A stretch of DNA of 42,749 nucleotides, taken from contig CAYRYK010000002.1 in assembly GCA_964428535.1 (NCBI GenBank), positions 13,469 to 56,217 of the forward strand. Reading direction: 5' to 3'. Below are positions 26,270-33,802 of this stretch, piece after piece. The notes beneath the pieces are model-generated. The model did no database searches. It saw nothing but the letters and a program-made list of their open reading frames with translations, and was not told where the DNA came from. A program made the translations under genes and the position numbers. The stretch's first letter is position 1, and each line of letters starts with the position of its first letter. This stretch comes from an uncultured Gammaproteobacteria bacterium (GTDB lineage Bacteria; Patescibacteriota; Microgenomatia; UBA12405).

Positions 26270-27388
26270 TTTTCCTGTACCTGAACAATTAAGAAAGGAA
26301 AGAGAGGTGAATCAGTTTTGTCTCGTGCTCTCGTCGCTCGCCAATGTTTCCAAGCAATGGCCCTGGGTTAAGAGAGGAGGCAATCCGTTGCACTAGTATA
26401 TGCAGCACAACCGACAAACAAGCCTTCGAGTGGAGAACTTTCTCTCTAGAGTATTCGAATCTCGTGCGATAGAAGGCTCCAATTGTGGAGATAATCTTCT
26501 GATCATGCATCAGGTGAGTTTTCGAATAAGCTAGTTTGGGATTGTCTTTGCCATTCGTGTTGCACCTGGGAACTGAGGGAATTCTTCCAAGTCTAATCGC
26601 ACCGCCCTCGCGTTAGGCTAGTGAAGAATATGTGCCCTCTAGACCGATTGTATTATGAAAATACAATCAGAAAGGTTGGTGTTCCGTTGAACTAGTTAGT
26701 CTGCTCCAGACAACATCATGCCGCCATCATCGCTGTTGTGAATCTCGATCCACTGCACACTTAAGCCCTACAAGGCTGAAAGGGATATTCCCATGTGGTA
26801 GTGAAATCGTTTTCAAGAGGCATGATTTGGTAACTTGGTAGCTGCCAGTCTATCGCCTCAAGAACACATCGACATATCCTCAACGCCCTGTCTGTCGTAA
26901 CACACACAACACGCGAGGAGGTATTCTAAAGATGCGTCAACACACCAACACTGGTCCGCCCGTGATGAAAAACACCACGAATTCCGACATGCCGGCCAAG
27001 GTCGCCCACTGAGCTGAGCTCTTCGATGTAGCCCAGCCCTTGGCCTCCAAAAATGCATTTTCGGCCCGGCGCGTCTACACGAGAAGTTCCTTTGGAACAC
27101 CCAAGTCTCGTCTGACTTTCGCCATTTTCCGCAACACGGTGATAAATCCTCCACGGATTGCTCATTCGCCGGGCCGACGGAAAAACTGAATAACTCTGGT
27201 GTCATTCTGACCCAACCATTGGGCCAGGGGAGATCCTGCACACGCTTTGTCGTGTCGCCGGCTACCATTGTCTCTACGCGCGATCGATGTGCGTTGTAAT
27301 CTCTTCCTTTCCCGACTTATCTTTGGCCTAGTGCTGTGTTCATACTCGCATCGTGCGAAACACATCCCTAGGCCTCGTTTTTTTTTCT
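26270..27388 (+). ncRNA. Candidate large (about 1.1 kb) structured noncoding RNA, class unknown (strand tentative)
   Basis: No + strand ORF of 60 aa or more. Abrupt GC enrichment and numerous GC-rich helices, e.g. a perfect 11 bp 27061-27071/27167-27177. Ends in a strong + strand intrinsic terminator. Confidence 0.4.
27325..27386 (+). terminator. Intrinsic terminator (long hairpin plus T9)
   Basis: GGCCTAG(27325-31)...TGTGTT...TCGCA-tcg-TGCGA...AACACA...CTAGGCC(27368-74), followed by tcg and nine T (27378-27386). Confidence 0.65.
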
Positions 27389-27392
27389 TAAA

Positions 27393-27911
27393 CTAAACTT
27401 CCTTAAACGTTTTGATTATCTCGTCTACCTTCGAATCGTAATTTGTATTTATCAAAGTAATATAAAAATTTCCTATTTTCTTTACCGTCACATTTTTATA
27501 AGTACTGTCATATTTTTTCTGATATTCTGACTCGTTATTCCAAACTTCTATTGCCAAATCATACGATTGTCCACCACCATAAATTAACGCCACTGCTTTT
27601 GGCCAACCATACATACTTTCTTTATCGGTTAACACTTTATATTTTTCTGGATAAGAAATTTCAAAACTATATTGTTTGTTAGTATAAGTTTGCCATCCAT
27701 TAGATAAATTTAATGTGGGCGTCGCTGTTTGAATTATTGTTTTTGTTGGTAATATTGTTGGCGATATTGTCTCTGTAACCTTTTGTGGTGCTTCAGTAAT
27801 CAAATCAGTTTTATTATCTTTGCTTTTTTGAGTTCCGTAATAATAAGCAAAGCTTCCACTCACTCCAACCAATAAAACAATCAATACAACTTCAATGAAA
27901 TTATTCTTCAT
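27393..27911 (-). CDS. Hypothetical secreted/membrane-anchored protein (172 aa)
   Basis: N-terminal TM or signal helix, T/P-rich linker and a small globular C-terminus. No family recognised. Confidence 0.55.
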   Translation of the reverse strand: MKNNFIEVVLIVLLVGVSGSFAYYYGTQKSKDNKTDLITEAPQKVTETISPTILPTKTIIQTATPTLNLSNGWQTYTNKQYSFEISYPEKYKVLTDKESMYGWPKAVALIYGGGQSYDLAIEVWNNESEYQKKYDSTYKNVTVKKIGNFYITLINTNYDSKVDEIIKTFKEV

Positions 27912-27925
27912 CTACCAAAATTATA

Positions 27926-28369
27926 CTATTTCTCCCAGCCACTTTCAAAAAACGGTATTTTATCTTGATATTTTTGCCAAGCCTCTTTTATATGCGGCAA
28001 TAAATTTTCTGGCAAATTGTCTATATCAAACCAACTTAAATCATCACATTTATCCGGTTCTCCAATCATTATTTTTCCTTCCCATTTTTCACAAACAAAG
28101 AAAAAATCAGCATATTCTTGATCTGATGATTTTCGGTGAATTGTTATTGCCGGAACCAAATTTTCTTTTCTGACCACAATTTTTGCCTCTTCCATCGCTT
28201 CTCTAATCATTGCTTGTGTTACTGTTTCATTGCCATCCAAATGACCAGCAACTAAACTATATTTTCCATCCATCCAACCAGTATTAAATCTCCTTAATAA
28301 TAAAATCCGATTATCTTTTTTTAAAAACAAATAAACTGCCGATCTTAATTTAAATCTTTCACTTTCCAT
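27926..28369 (-). CDS. NUDIX hydrolase
   Basis: Nudix box GHLDGNETVTQAMIREAMEEAKI (G.5E.7REU.EE.GU). Confidence 0.85.
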   Translation of the reverse strand: MESERFKLRSAVYLFLKKDNRILLLRRFNTGWMDGKYSLVAGHLDGNETVTQAMIREAMEEAKIVVRKENLVPAITIHRKSSDQEYADFFFVCEKWEGKIMIGEPDKCDDLSWFDIDNLPENLLPHIKEAWQKYQDKIPFFESGWEK

Positions 28370-28372
28370 AAT

Positions 28373-28705
28373 TCATTTTGACTTAATGATCTTTTTAGAA
28401 ACTTCACCTACAAAAAGTCTAAAAGCTAGTCTATTTTCTGGCTCATAAATATAAGGAATTCCGACTATTTGACCACAACCAGAACAAATAAAATTAGGAA
28501 TCAACGTTAATGGTTGTTTTTCTAACCCAACATATTTATCTGATTCAAAAATTCTGTCTAAATACATCCTCTTTAATAATCCCGGTCCGTCTTTTTGATA
28601 AAGACACAAATGTTGTCCGCACCTAGCACAAGAAATATCTAATAATCTGGAATATCCACCCCTAGCTTTTTTATACTTATCACTCTTAAATTTAATTTGC
28701 GACAC
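28373..28705 (-). CDS. Hypothetical zinc-ribbon protein (110 aa)
   Basis: Two CxxC pairs (CARCGQ, CSGCGQ). 3-nt gap to the NUDIX gene suggests an operon. Confidence 0.5.
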   Translation of the reverse strand: MSQIKFKSDKYKKARGGYSRLLDISCARCGQHLCLYQKDGPGLLKRMYLDRIFESDKYVGLEKQPLTLIPNFICSGCGQIVGIPYIYEPENRLAFRLFVGEVSKKIIKSK

Positions 28706-28767
28706 AACCTATTTTAGCAGATTTTTTTTTGTTAACCGTTTGGGACGACGTTGGAACTTTTTTAGAT

Positions 28768-29442
28768 TCAATTTAAATATTTTTGAAAAACAGACTTTAA
28801 TTCTTCTGGTTTATATTTACCGGGGTTAAACCTAATTAAAGGAAAATTGTTTCTCTTAAAAATTTCGTCAACAAATTTATCACGTTCTTGCCTATCAATC
28901 CTTTCATGACTGGAATCATCAAGCTCTATAGCAAAAAGAGGAGATTGAGTATTTTTATTAACAACTAAAAAATCTACAGACTTTTGGCTTATTTTTCTAA
29001 ACCACATCACATAATATTTATATAGCTTTTGATATTCAATATCAAAGATCTTACTTAAATTGACCTGTGGATATACAGAATATTTAGGTTCTAATAAAGA
29101 TTTTAAAGTCTCAAACAACAATCTTTCATGAGATGTCATAACGGTTTTTTTAATTTTGTATGGCAGATATTTATATTCATCTTTGCCCTCATTTTTTATT
29201 CTAAAATCTTCAAATTTTTTTAAAAATTCTTCTTCTTTAATTTCTTTTAAGAATTCTACTTCGTTATACTTTTTTTTATCATCATCAAACAATCCATTTT
29301 CCTTAAGTTTTTTTAATTTTTCCAAATATTCTTCTTTAGATTTTTTTAACAATTCAATTTTATTTTTATTAAATCTGTTTACTACAAAAATACAAACAGC
29401 AGCCAAAATCACTAATAATAATTCCATGATTAATCCTATCAT
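28768..29442 (-). CDS. DUF2726-like (restriction-endonuclease-fold) protein with N-terminal TM and K/E-rich coiled coil
   Basis: C-terminal ...ERLLFETL...VYPQVNLSKIF...VDFLVVNK....PLFAIELDDSSH....RQERDKFVDEIF....PLIRF matches the DUF2726 pattern. Confidence 0.6.
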   Translation of the reverse strand: MIGLIMELLLVILAAVCIFVVNRFNKNKIELLKKSKEEYLEKLKKLKENGLFDDDKKKYNEVEFLKEIKEEEFLKKFEDFRIKNEGKDEYKYLPYKIKKTVMTSHERLLFETLKSLLEPKYSVYPQVNLSKIFDIEYQKLYKYYVMWFRKISQKSVDFLVVNKNTQSPLFAIELDDSSHERIDRQERDKFVDEIFKRNNFPLIRFNPGKYKPEELKSVFQKYLN

Positions 29443-29497
29443 TTAAAAACAAGGGGTGTAAAAAACAAATGACCATTTTTGCAATGGTGTCCTTTTT

Positions 29498-29511
29498 GTT
29501 ACCCCGCATGG
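29498..29511 (-). repeat. 14-bp exact duplicate of the tRNA-Gln 3' end (att-like)
   Basis: gttaccccgcatgg occurs at 29498-29511 and at 29857-29870. Confidence 0.85.
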
Positions 29512-29517
29512 TGTCCT

Positions 29518-29817
29518 TCACTTCGTTTCGGAACACCTCAAAATCCTGCGAGCTTCAATATCTTTCGCCAAAACTTCAGAAACTAATCGTTTGTAAGCAA
29601 AAGCTTTTCCTGATCCGCTTTTTAAATAAAGTTCAAAATCTTTTGCTTCCTTTTCGGTATTAAACGCACCATACCAAACCAAATTCCAAGGGGTATGTGG
29701 CTTTGTAGAAAATACTTTACTACTATTATGTAATTTAAATCTATTTTTTAAATCCGACGTGTAACCGTAGTAAAAAATATGAGATTTTGAACTTAATAAA
29801 ATATATGAGTAATACAC
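29518..29817 (-). CDS. Small GIY-YIG nuclease-family protein (99 aa, YhbQ/UPF0213-like)
   Basis: YYSYILLS....FYYGYT.DL..R...HN motifs of the GIY-YIG fold, and ...EKEAKDFELYLKSGSGKAF..KRL. Confidence 0.8.
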   Translation of the reverse strand: MYYSYILLSSKSHIFYYGYTSDLKNRFKLHNSSKVFSTKPHTPWNLVWYGAFNTEKEAKDFELYLKSGSGKAFAYKRLVSEVLAKDIEARRILRCSETK

Positions 29818-29857
29818 ACTTCAGTATAATCATTCTGAAGCTTTAGCGAAAGATGAG

Positions 29858-29928
29858 TTACCCCGCATGGATTCGAACCACAATTCTTGCGTTCAGAGCG
29901 CAATGTCCTACCATTAGACGACGGGGTA
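29858..29928 (-). tRNA. tRNA-Gln (anticodon CUG), CCA not encoded
   Basis: Manual cloverleaf: acceptor UACCCCG/CGGGGUA, D arm GUC...GAC, anticodon stem UUGCG/CGCAA with loop CUCUGAA, T arm UGUGG-UUCGAAU-CCAUG, discriminator A. Confidence 0.9.
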
Positions 29929-29972
29929 TTGATTAAGTTCAATACTTGACCCCTAGTCTTGAGCTTATCGAA

Positions 29973-29985
29973 AGACGATGGGGTA
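29973..29985 (-). repeat. 13-nt near-duplicate (1 mismatch) of the tRNA-Gln 5' end, embedded in a hairpin
   Basis: agacgaTggggta at 29973-29985 versus agacgaCggggta at 29916-29928. Confidence 0.7.
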
Positions 29986-30027
29986 GTAATGGCCAATATT
30001 ATACTTCAAATGCTATAATTTAGCCAA

Positions 30028-30192
30028 ATGCAAACTATAGAACAACTAATTCAAGAATTAAAACTTACTCCTGAACAAGCCGAAGGAGTCAAGCAATATA
30101 TGAACAGTCTTTTGGTCGAACTTCTTGAAAGTATTAAACAAGATCACATCAACAATTTTGACGAAACTATCAACAATCTTAAAAGCAATTAA
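30028..30192 (+). CDS. Hypothetical 54-aa helical protein (possibly leaderless)
   Basis: ATG at 30028 lies 8 nt after a TATAAT box (30014-30019). Product MQTIEQLIQELKLTPEQAEGVKQYMNSLLVELLESIKQDHINNFDETINNLKSN. Below the track cutoff. Confidence 0.3.
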   Translation: MQTIEQLIQELKLTPEQAEGVKQYMNSLLVELLESIKQDHINNFDETINNLKSN

Positions 30193-30824
30193 TTTTTAAG
30201 ACTATATCTCAGTTTTTCCCGTCCAATACTTGTCGGTTCTCCATGCCCCGAAAACACATCAGTTTCTTCCGGTAATTCCATCAATTTTCTTAAACTTTCA
30301 AAAATTTTTTTGGTCGAGCCATATTTAAAATCAGTTCTACCTCGCAAATCTTTAAATAAAGTGTCACCGGAAAATAATAAATTATCTTCTTTACTGTAAA
30401 GACAAACTGATCCTGGTGTGTGACCTGGAGTTCTAATTACTTCTAATTTACTTTTTCCAAAATTAATTTCTCCAATTTCTACTAAATCTTTATCAACTTT
30501 TAAAATATTGGGAGTTCTAATATCCATTTTTAAAAAATGTTTTGCCGTTTCGTCCTGTCTATCCAACAAAAATTTATCTTTTGAATTAATATAAACCGGC
30601 ACATTGTACATCAATTTCAAATCCAAAGCCGCCAAAGAGTGGTCAAAATGGCCGTGTGTCATTACTACTCCTACTAAATTTATCCCTTTATTCATTAATT
30701 CTTCCGAAATCGCCACTCCGTCATCTGCCGGGTCAATCACTAACCCATCTTTTGTTTCTTCATCCCAGACTAAATAACAATTTGTCTCAAGTTGGCCCAA
30801 AACCAGTACTTCAAATTTAATCAT
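30189..30824 (-). CDS. MBL-fold metallo-hydrolase (glyoxalase II-like)
   Basis: THGHFDH metal-binding motif, GHTPGS, and a downstream His/Asp ligand pattern. Confidence 0.85.
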   Translation of the reverse strand: MIKFEVLVLGQLETNCYLVWDEETKDGLVIDPADDGVAISEELMNKGINLVGVVMTHGHFDHSLAALDLKLMYNVPVYINSKDKFLLDRQDETAKHFLKMDIRTPNILKVDKDLVEIGEINFGKSKLEVIRTPGHTPGSVCLYSKEDNLLFSGDTLFKDLRGRTDFKYGSTKKIFESLRKLMELPEETDVFSGHGEPTSIGREKLRYSLKN

Positions 30825-30845
30825 AGGTTATAATAACTCATAACT

Positions 30846-31568
30846 ATGAACGAAAACAAACCTGTCTCCAAAAGATTATTTATCGGTAGTTTGCCCTATC
30901 GCTTTACCGAAGGTGAGCTTTTGGATTTATTTATCTCTGAAGGAAAAATTATTTCTGTACGGATTATGCACAACCGTTGGGGTAAAAGCCGAGGTATGGG
31001 TTACGTCGAATATGAAAATTTAGATGATGCTATTCGTGCTAAAGAAAAATATCACAATTTCCATTTGGGTGATCGCAGTATTATTGTCGATTATGCTCAA
31101 CCCGATCCATTTTTAACTCCCGAAGGCCAAGCCCGTCATCAAGAAGCCCTTGAAAAGCATCCTAATCGTCGCCAGGCTTTAAATTATTTACCTCATCCCG
31201 ATTCTGACACCAACGAATATCAAAAACGCAGTTTTCAAGCTCATTCATCTTCACGTTTTAGTTTTGACGATCATCAATCAAATAATAATAATGACCAATT
31301 TAAACCACAGCGAAAATATAAAGGTGGTAAACCAGTTTTTAATTCTTTAGGTAAATCATTAAATCGAGATACTAGTGGTGAATTTACCCCCAAATTTGTT
31401 CCAGAATCTTTTCCTAGTAAAAATAAGAAGAAATTCCGCCCTCGTCCTGGTCAAAAACCAGAATATTTAGCTAGTTCCCCTTTACACGTTCGTAGTAGCG
31501 TTTTTAAGCAGCGCCATTTTGGATCAAAAACTGGAGCCAAGTTCGCCGCCAAAAGCAAAAAGATCTAA
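30846..31568 (+). CDS. RRM-domain RNA-binding protein with long basic, disordered C-terminal tail (240 aa)
   Basis: RNP-2 LFIGSL and RNP-1 RGMGYVEY. The tail is rich in K/R/P/S/N. Confidence 0.8.
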   Translation: MNENKPVSKRLFIGSLPYRFTEGELLDLFISEGKIISVRIMHNRWGKSRGMGYVEYENLDDAIRAKEKYHNFHLGDRSIIVDYAQPDPFLTPEGQARHQEALEKHPNRRQALNYLPHPDSDTNEYQKRSFQAHSSSRFSFDDHQSNNNNDQFKPQRKYKGGKPVFNSLGKSLNRDTSGEFTPKFVPESFPSKNKKKFRPRPGQKPEYLASSPLHVRSSVFKQRHFGSKTGAKFAAKSKKI

Positions 31569-31569
31569 T

Positions 31570-32733
31570 ATGTCTTTTGACAGGAATATTAAATTACTCC
31601 GTTGGCATAGTTTTTTTAGTGATTTTAGTCTCTGGTCTCCCCTGGCTATTATTTATTTTTCTGCTGTTTCTGGTTCTTATACTTTAGGGTTGAGCATATT
31701 TTCCATTATGATGGTATCTTCGTCCATTTTTGAACTACCAACAGGTTTTATCTCAGATAAACATGGTCGCACCAAAACCTTAGTTTTTGGGTCTATTGCC
31801 TTTCTTTTTGGTGCTATTTTTTATGCTATTGGGTTAAATTATTGGTTTTTGGTTATTGGAGCCATCTCTCAAGGTTTAGGTCGTGCTTTTTATAGTGGTA
31901 ATAACGATGCTCTTCTTTATGATAATTTGGCCTCTGTCAATAAAATTAACGAATTCGAAGAATACAATGGAAAAATTGGCTCTATGGATCAATTAGCTTT
32001 GGCTATTTCAGCTATATTTTCAAGTTTAATTGCTTTTGTTCCTATTTCTGTTTTATTGTGGATATCTGTGATTCCTCGATTAATTTGTCTATTTTTAAGC
32101 TTAAAAGTAATCAATGTAGAAATAGTAAAAAAAGAATCTGGTAATATTTTTATTCATACCAAGCAAGCTTTTAAAAATTTTATTTCTAATTTTAAACTCA
32201 GACAATTAAGTTTAGTTAGTATTATTGGTTTTGGTATGGGTGAAGCTACTTGGCAATTTCGTTCCGCTTTTATTAATACTCTTTGGCCGACTTGGGCGGT
32301 TGGTTTTGCTCAAGTTTTATCCAATTTTGGCGCTAGCTTAAGTTTTAAGTTCAGTGGCAAAATAATAAAAAAATTTACTGCTTTTAAAATATTAATTTTC
32401 GATGGAATTTACTCTAAATTTATTGATTTAATTAGTCTAATTTTCCCAGGAGTTTGGTCACCAGGACTAATGGCTTCAACGTCTTTATTGTATGGCGCTA
32501 GTTCAGTTTCTGAAAATAAACTTTTACAAACCGAATTTACTTCACATCAACGAGCCACCATGGGTTCACTAAATTCACTGGCCGGAAGTTTATTCTTTTC
32601 CATATTTGCAGTTGTCTTAGGTATTTTTGCCGATAAATTTGGTGCCCGAAACGCCATTTTAATAGAAACTATTTTAAGTTTTATAATCTTTATTCCTTTA
32701 TATCGTTTTTATAAAGCCGATCATGAAAAATAA
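31570..32733 (+). CDS. MFS transporter
   Basis: About 12 TM helices, with G.ISDK.GR motif A between TM2 and TM3. The ATG at 31570 is preferred over the overlapping start in the track. Confidence 0.75.
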   Translation: MSFDRNIKLLRWHSFFSDFSLWSPLAIIYFSAVSGSYTLGLSIFSIMMVSSSIFELPTGFISDKHGRTKTLVFGSIAFLFGAIFYAIGLNYWFLVIGAISQGLGRAFYSGNNDALLYDNLASVNKINEFEEYNGKIGSMDQLALAISAIFSSLIAFVPISVLLWISVIPRLICLFLSLKVINVEIVKKESGNIFIHTKQAFKNFISNFKLRQLSLVSIIGFGMGEATWQFRSAFINTLWPTWAVGFAQVLSNFGASLSFKFSGKIIKKFTAFKILIFDGIYSKFIDLISLIFPGVWSPGLMASTSLLYGASSVSENKLLQTEFTSHQRATMGSLNSLAGSLFFSIFAVVLGIFADKFGARNAILIETILSFIIFIPLYRFYKADHEK

Positions 32734-33802
32734 TTTTTTATCTCAACCAAATATCATCGGTCTTTCACCAATGGATGGTATTACCGATGAAGCTTTTCGT
32801 TTAGTTCAAACCAAAATTGCCAAACCAGATTTAATGTTTACTGAATTTGTTAGTGCCGAAGGTATTTCTCGCGGTGGTATCAAACTATACGACACTCTTT
32901 TATTTTCTTCCGAAGAACGCCCTATCATTGGTCAATTATTTGGAAAAGACCCTGACAGTTTTTATAAATCTGCCATTATTTTATGCGAACTTGGTTTTGA
33001 TGGCGTTGATATTAATATGGGTTGTCCCGCTAAAACCGTCACTCAACATGGCAGCGGTGCTGCTCTAATTGCCAAACCAGAATTAGCCGTTCAAATTATT
33101 CAATCCACCAAACAGGGGATTGATGATTGGTTTTTTGGCAAGGTCAAGATTACTGACATTGGTCTTAATCAAAAAACTTTGGATATCATCAAAAAAAATC
33201 AAAGATATTCAAAAATAGAAAAAAATTTCTCCCCTTCATCAAGGGGAGATGTCGATTTATCGACAAAAGGGTTTTGCCCAACTCTATCAGTTAAAACTCG
33301 TCTCGGTACCTCTGACCCTATAGTTGAAAAATGGATTCCAATTTTACTTTCTCAACCAATCGATTTTTTAACCATTCATGGTCGGACTCTCAAACAAGCT
33401 TATGCCGGTCAAGCCGATTGGAGTCAAATCCAAAAAGTTGTTAAATTAGCCAAAGGTACGGGTATAAAAATATTTGGTAATGGTGATATTCAAAATCGCC
33501 AACAAGGGGGAGAGTATTGTCAAAAGTATGGTGTTGATGGTGTTTTAATTGGCCGAGCCGCCGGTGGTAATCCTTGGGCTTTTAATAATCACGTTGCTAC
33601 ACCTCAAGAAAAATTTTCTGCCATACTACTTCACATTCAAATGTTTCAAGAAGTTTTTCCTCATCGCTGTTTCGATAGTCTTCGCAAACATTTTTTGCTT
33701 TATACTTCCGATTTCCCTAATGCCAAATCACTCAGAATGAAACTTGTTAGATTAAACTCAGTCAAAGAACTTTTGTCCCTTGAAGATGAATTTCAGCCTT
33801 GA
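32723..33802 (+). CDS. tRNA-dihydrouridine synthase
   Basis: LSPMDGITD, DGVDINMGCP (catalytic Cys), HGRT and GNGDI motifs. Carries the in-frame mini-repeat at 33222-33276. Confidence 0.85.
   Translation: MKNNFLSQPNIIGLSPMDGITDEAFRLVQTKIAKPDLMFTEFVSAEGISRGGIKLYDTLLFSSEERPIIGQLFGKDPDSFYKSAIILCELGFDGVDINMGCPAKTVTQHGSGAALIAKPELAVQIIQSTKQGIDDWFFGKVKITDIGLNQKTLDIIKKNQRYSKIEKNFSPSSRGDVDLSTKGFCPTLSVKTRLGTSDPIVEKWIPILLSQPIDFLTIHGRTLKQAYAGQADWSQIQKVVKLAKGTGIKIFGNGDIQNRQQGGEYCQKYGVDGVLIGRAAGGNPWAFNNHVATPQEKFSAILLHIQMFQEVFPHRCFDSLRKHFLLYTSDFPNAKSLRMKLVRLNSVKELLSLEDEFQP
33222..33276 (+). repeat. Mini-repeat copy B (hairpin 33228-33249, hairpin GTCGA-ttta-TCGAC 33251-33264, AAGGGTTTTG 33267-33276), in-frame in dus
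   Basis: 31 nt are identical to 673-703 but translated in a different frame (FSPSSRGDV versus ISPLHQGEM). Confidence 0.85.

Noticed and set aside
27176-27183. GACGGAAA, following the 11-bp helix, matches the 23S rRNA segment around A2058 (GACGGAAAGACC); tempting as an Erm-substrate mimic next to the Erm-like gene
   Set aside because: The match is only 8 nt, and the helix register differs from helix 73/A2058. A chance match in about 1.1 kb on two strands is not negligible.
26289-27365. Four - strand ORFs (73, 136, 79 and 67 aa) inside the GC-rich island
   Set aside because: They are in mutually overlapping frames with W/C/R-rich, low-plausibility sequences and no SD or family resemblance. 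Open frames of this size are expected in locally GC-rich DNA. A decayed pseudogene cannot be fully excluded without blastx.
26270-27388. Group II or group I intron, hammerhead or other small ribozyme, tmRNA, SRP RNA or rRNA fragment as the identity of the GC-rich island
   Set aside because: I could not find a GUGYG 5' end paired with a domain V-like AGC...GAAA hairpin, a CUGANGA...GAAA hammerhead core, a tmRNA tag ORF or tRNA-like 3' end, the SRP GGAAGCAGCC motif, or universally conserved rRNA strings. There is no interrupted host gene. This needs cmsearch to be definitive.
26842-27392. + strand frame with an SD-like GGAGG (26917-21) and ATG (26932) that contains only TGA stops for about 180 codons, suggesting a TGA-recoded ORF
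   Set aside because: The same frame has TAA and TAG stops just upstream. Host genes clearly use TGA as a stop (for example at 19340-19342, 19699-19701 and 913-915). The conceptual protein is R/S/C-rich and reads straight through the terminator hairpin and T-run. A TGA-only pattern is expected from GC-rich composition.
29793-29996. 67-aa - strand ORF in the track
   Set aside because: It overlaps the tRNA-Gln gene and its upstream hairpin, so its openness is incidental.
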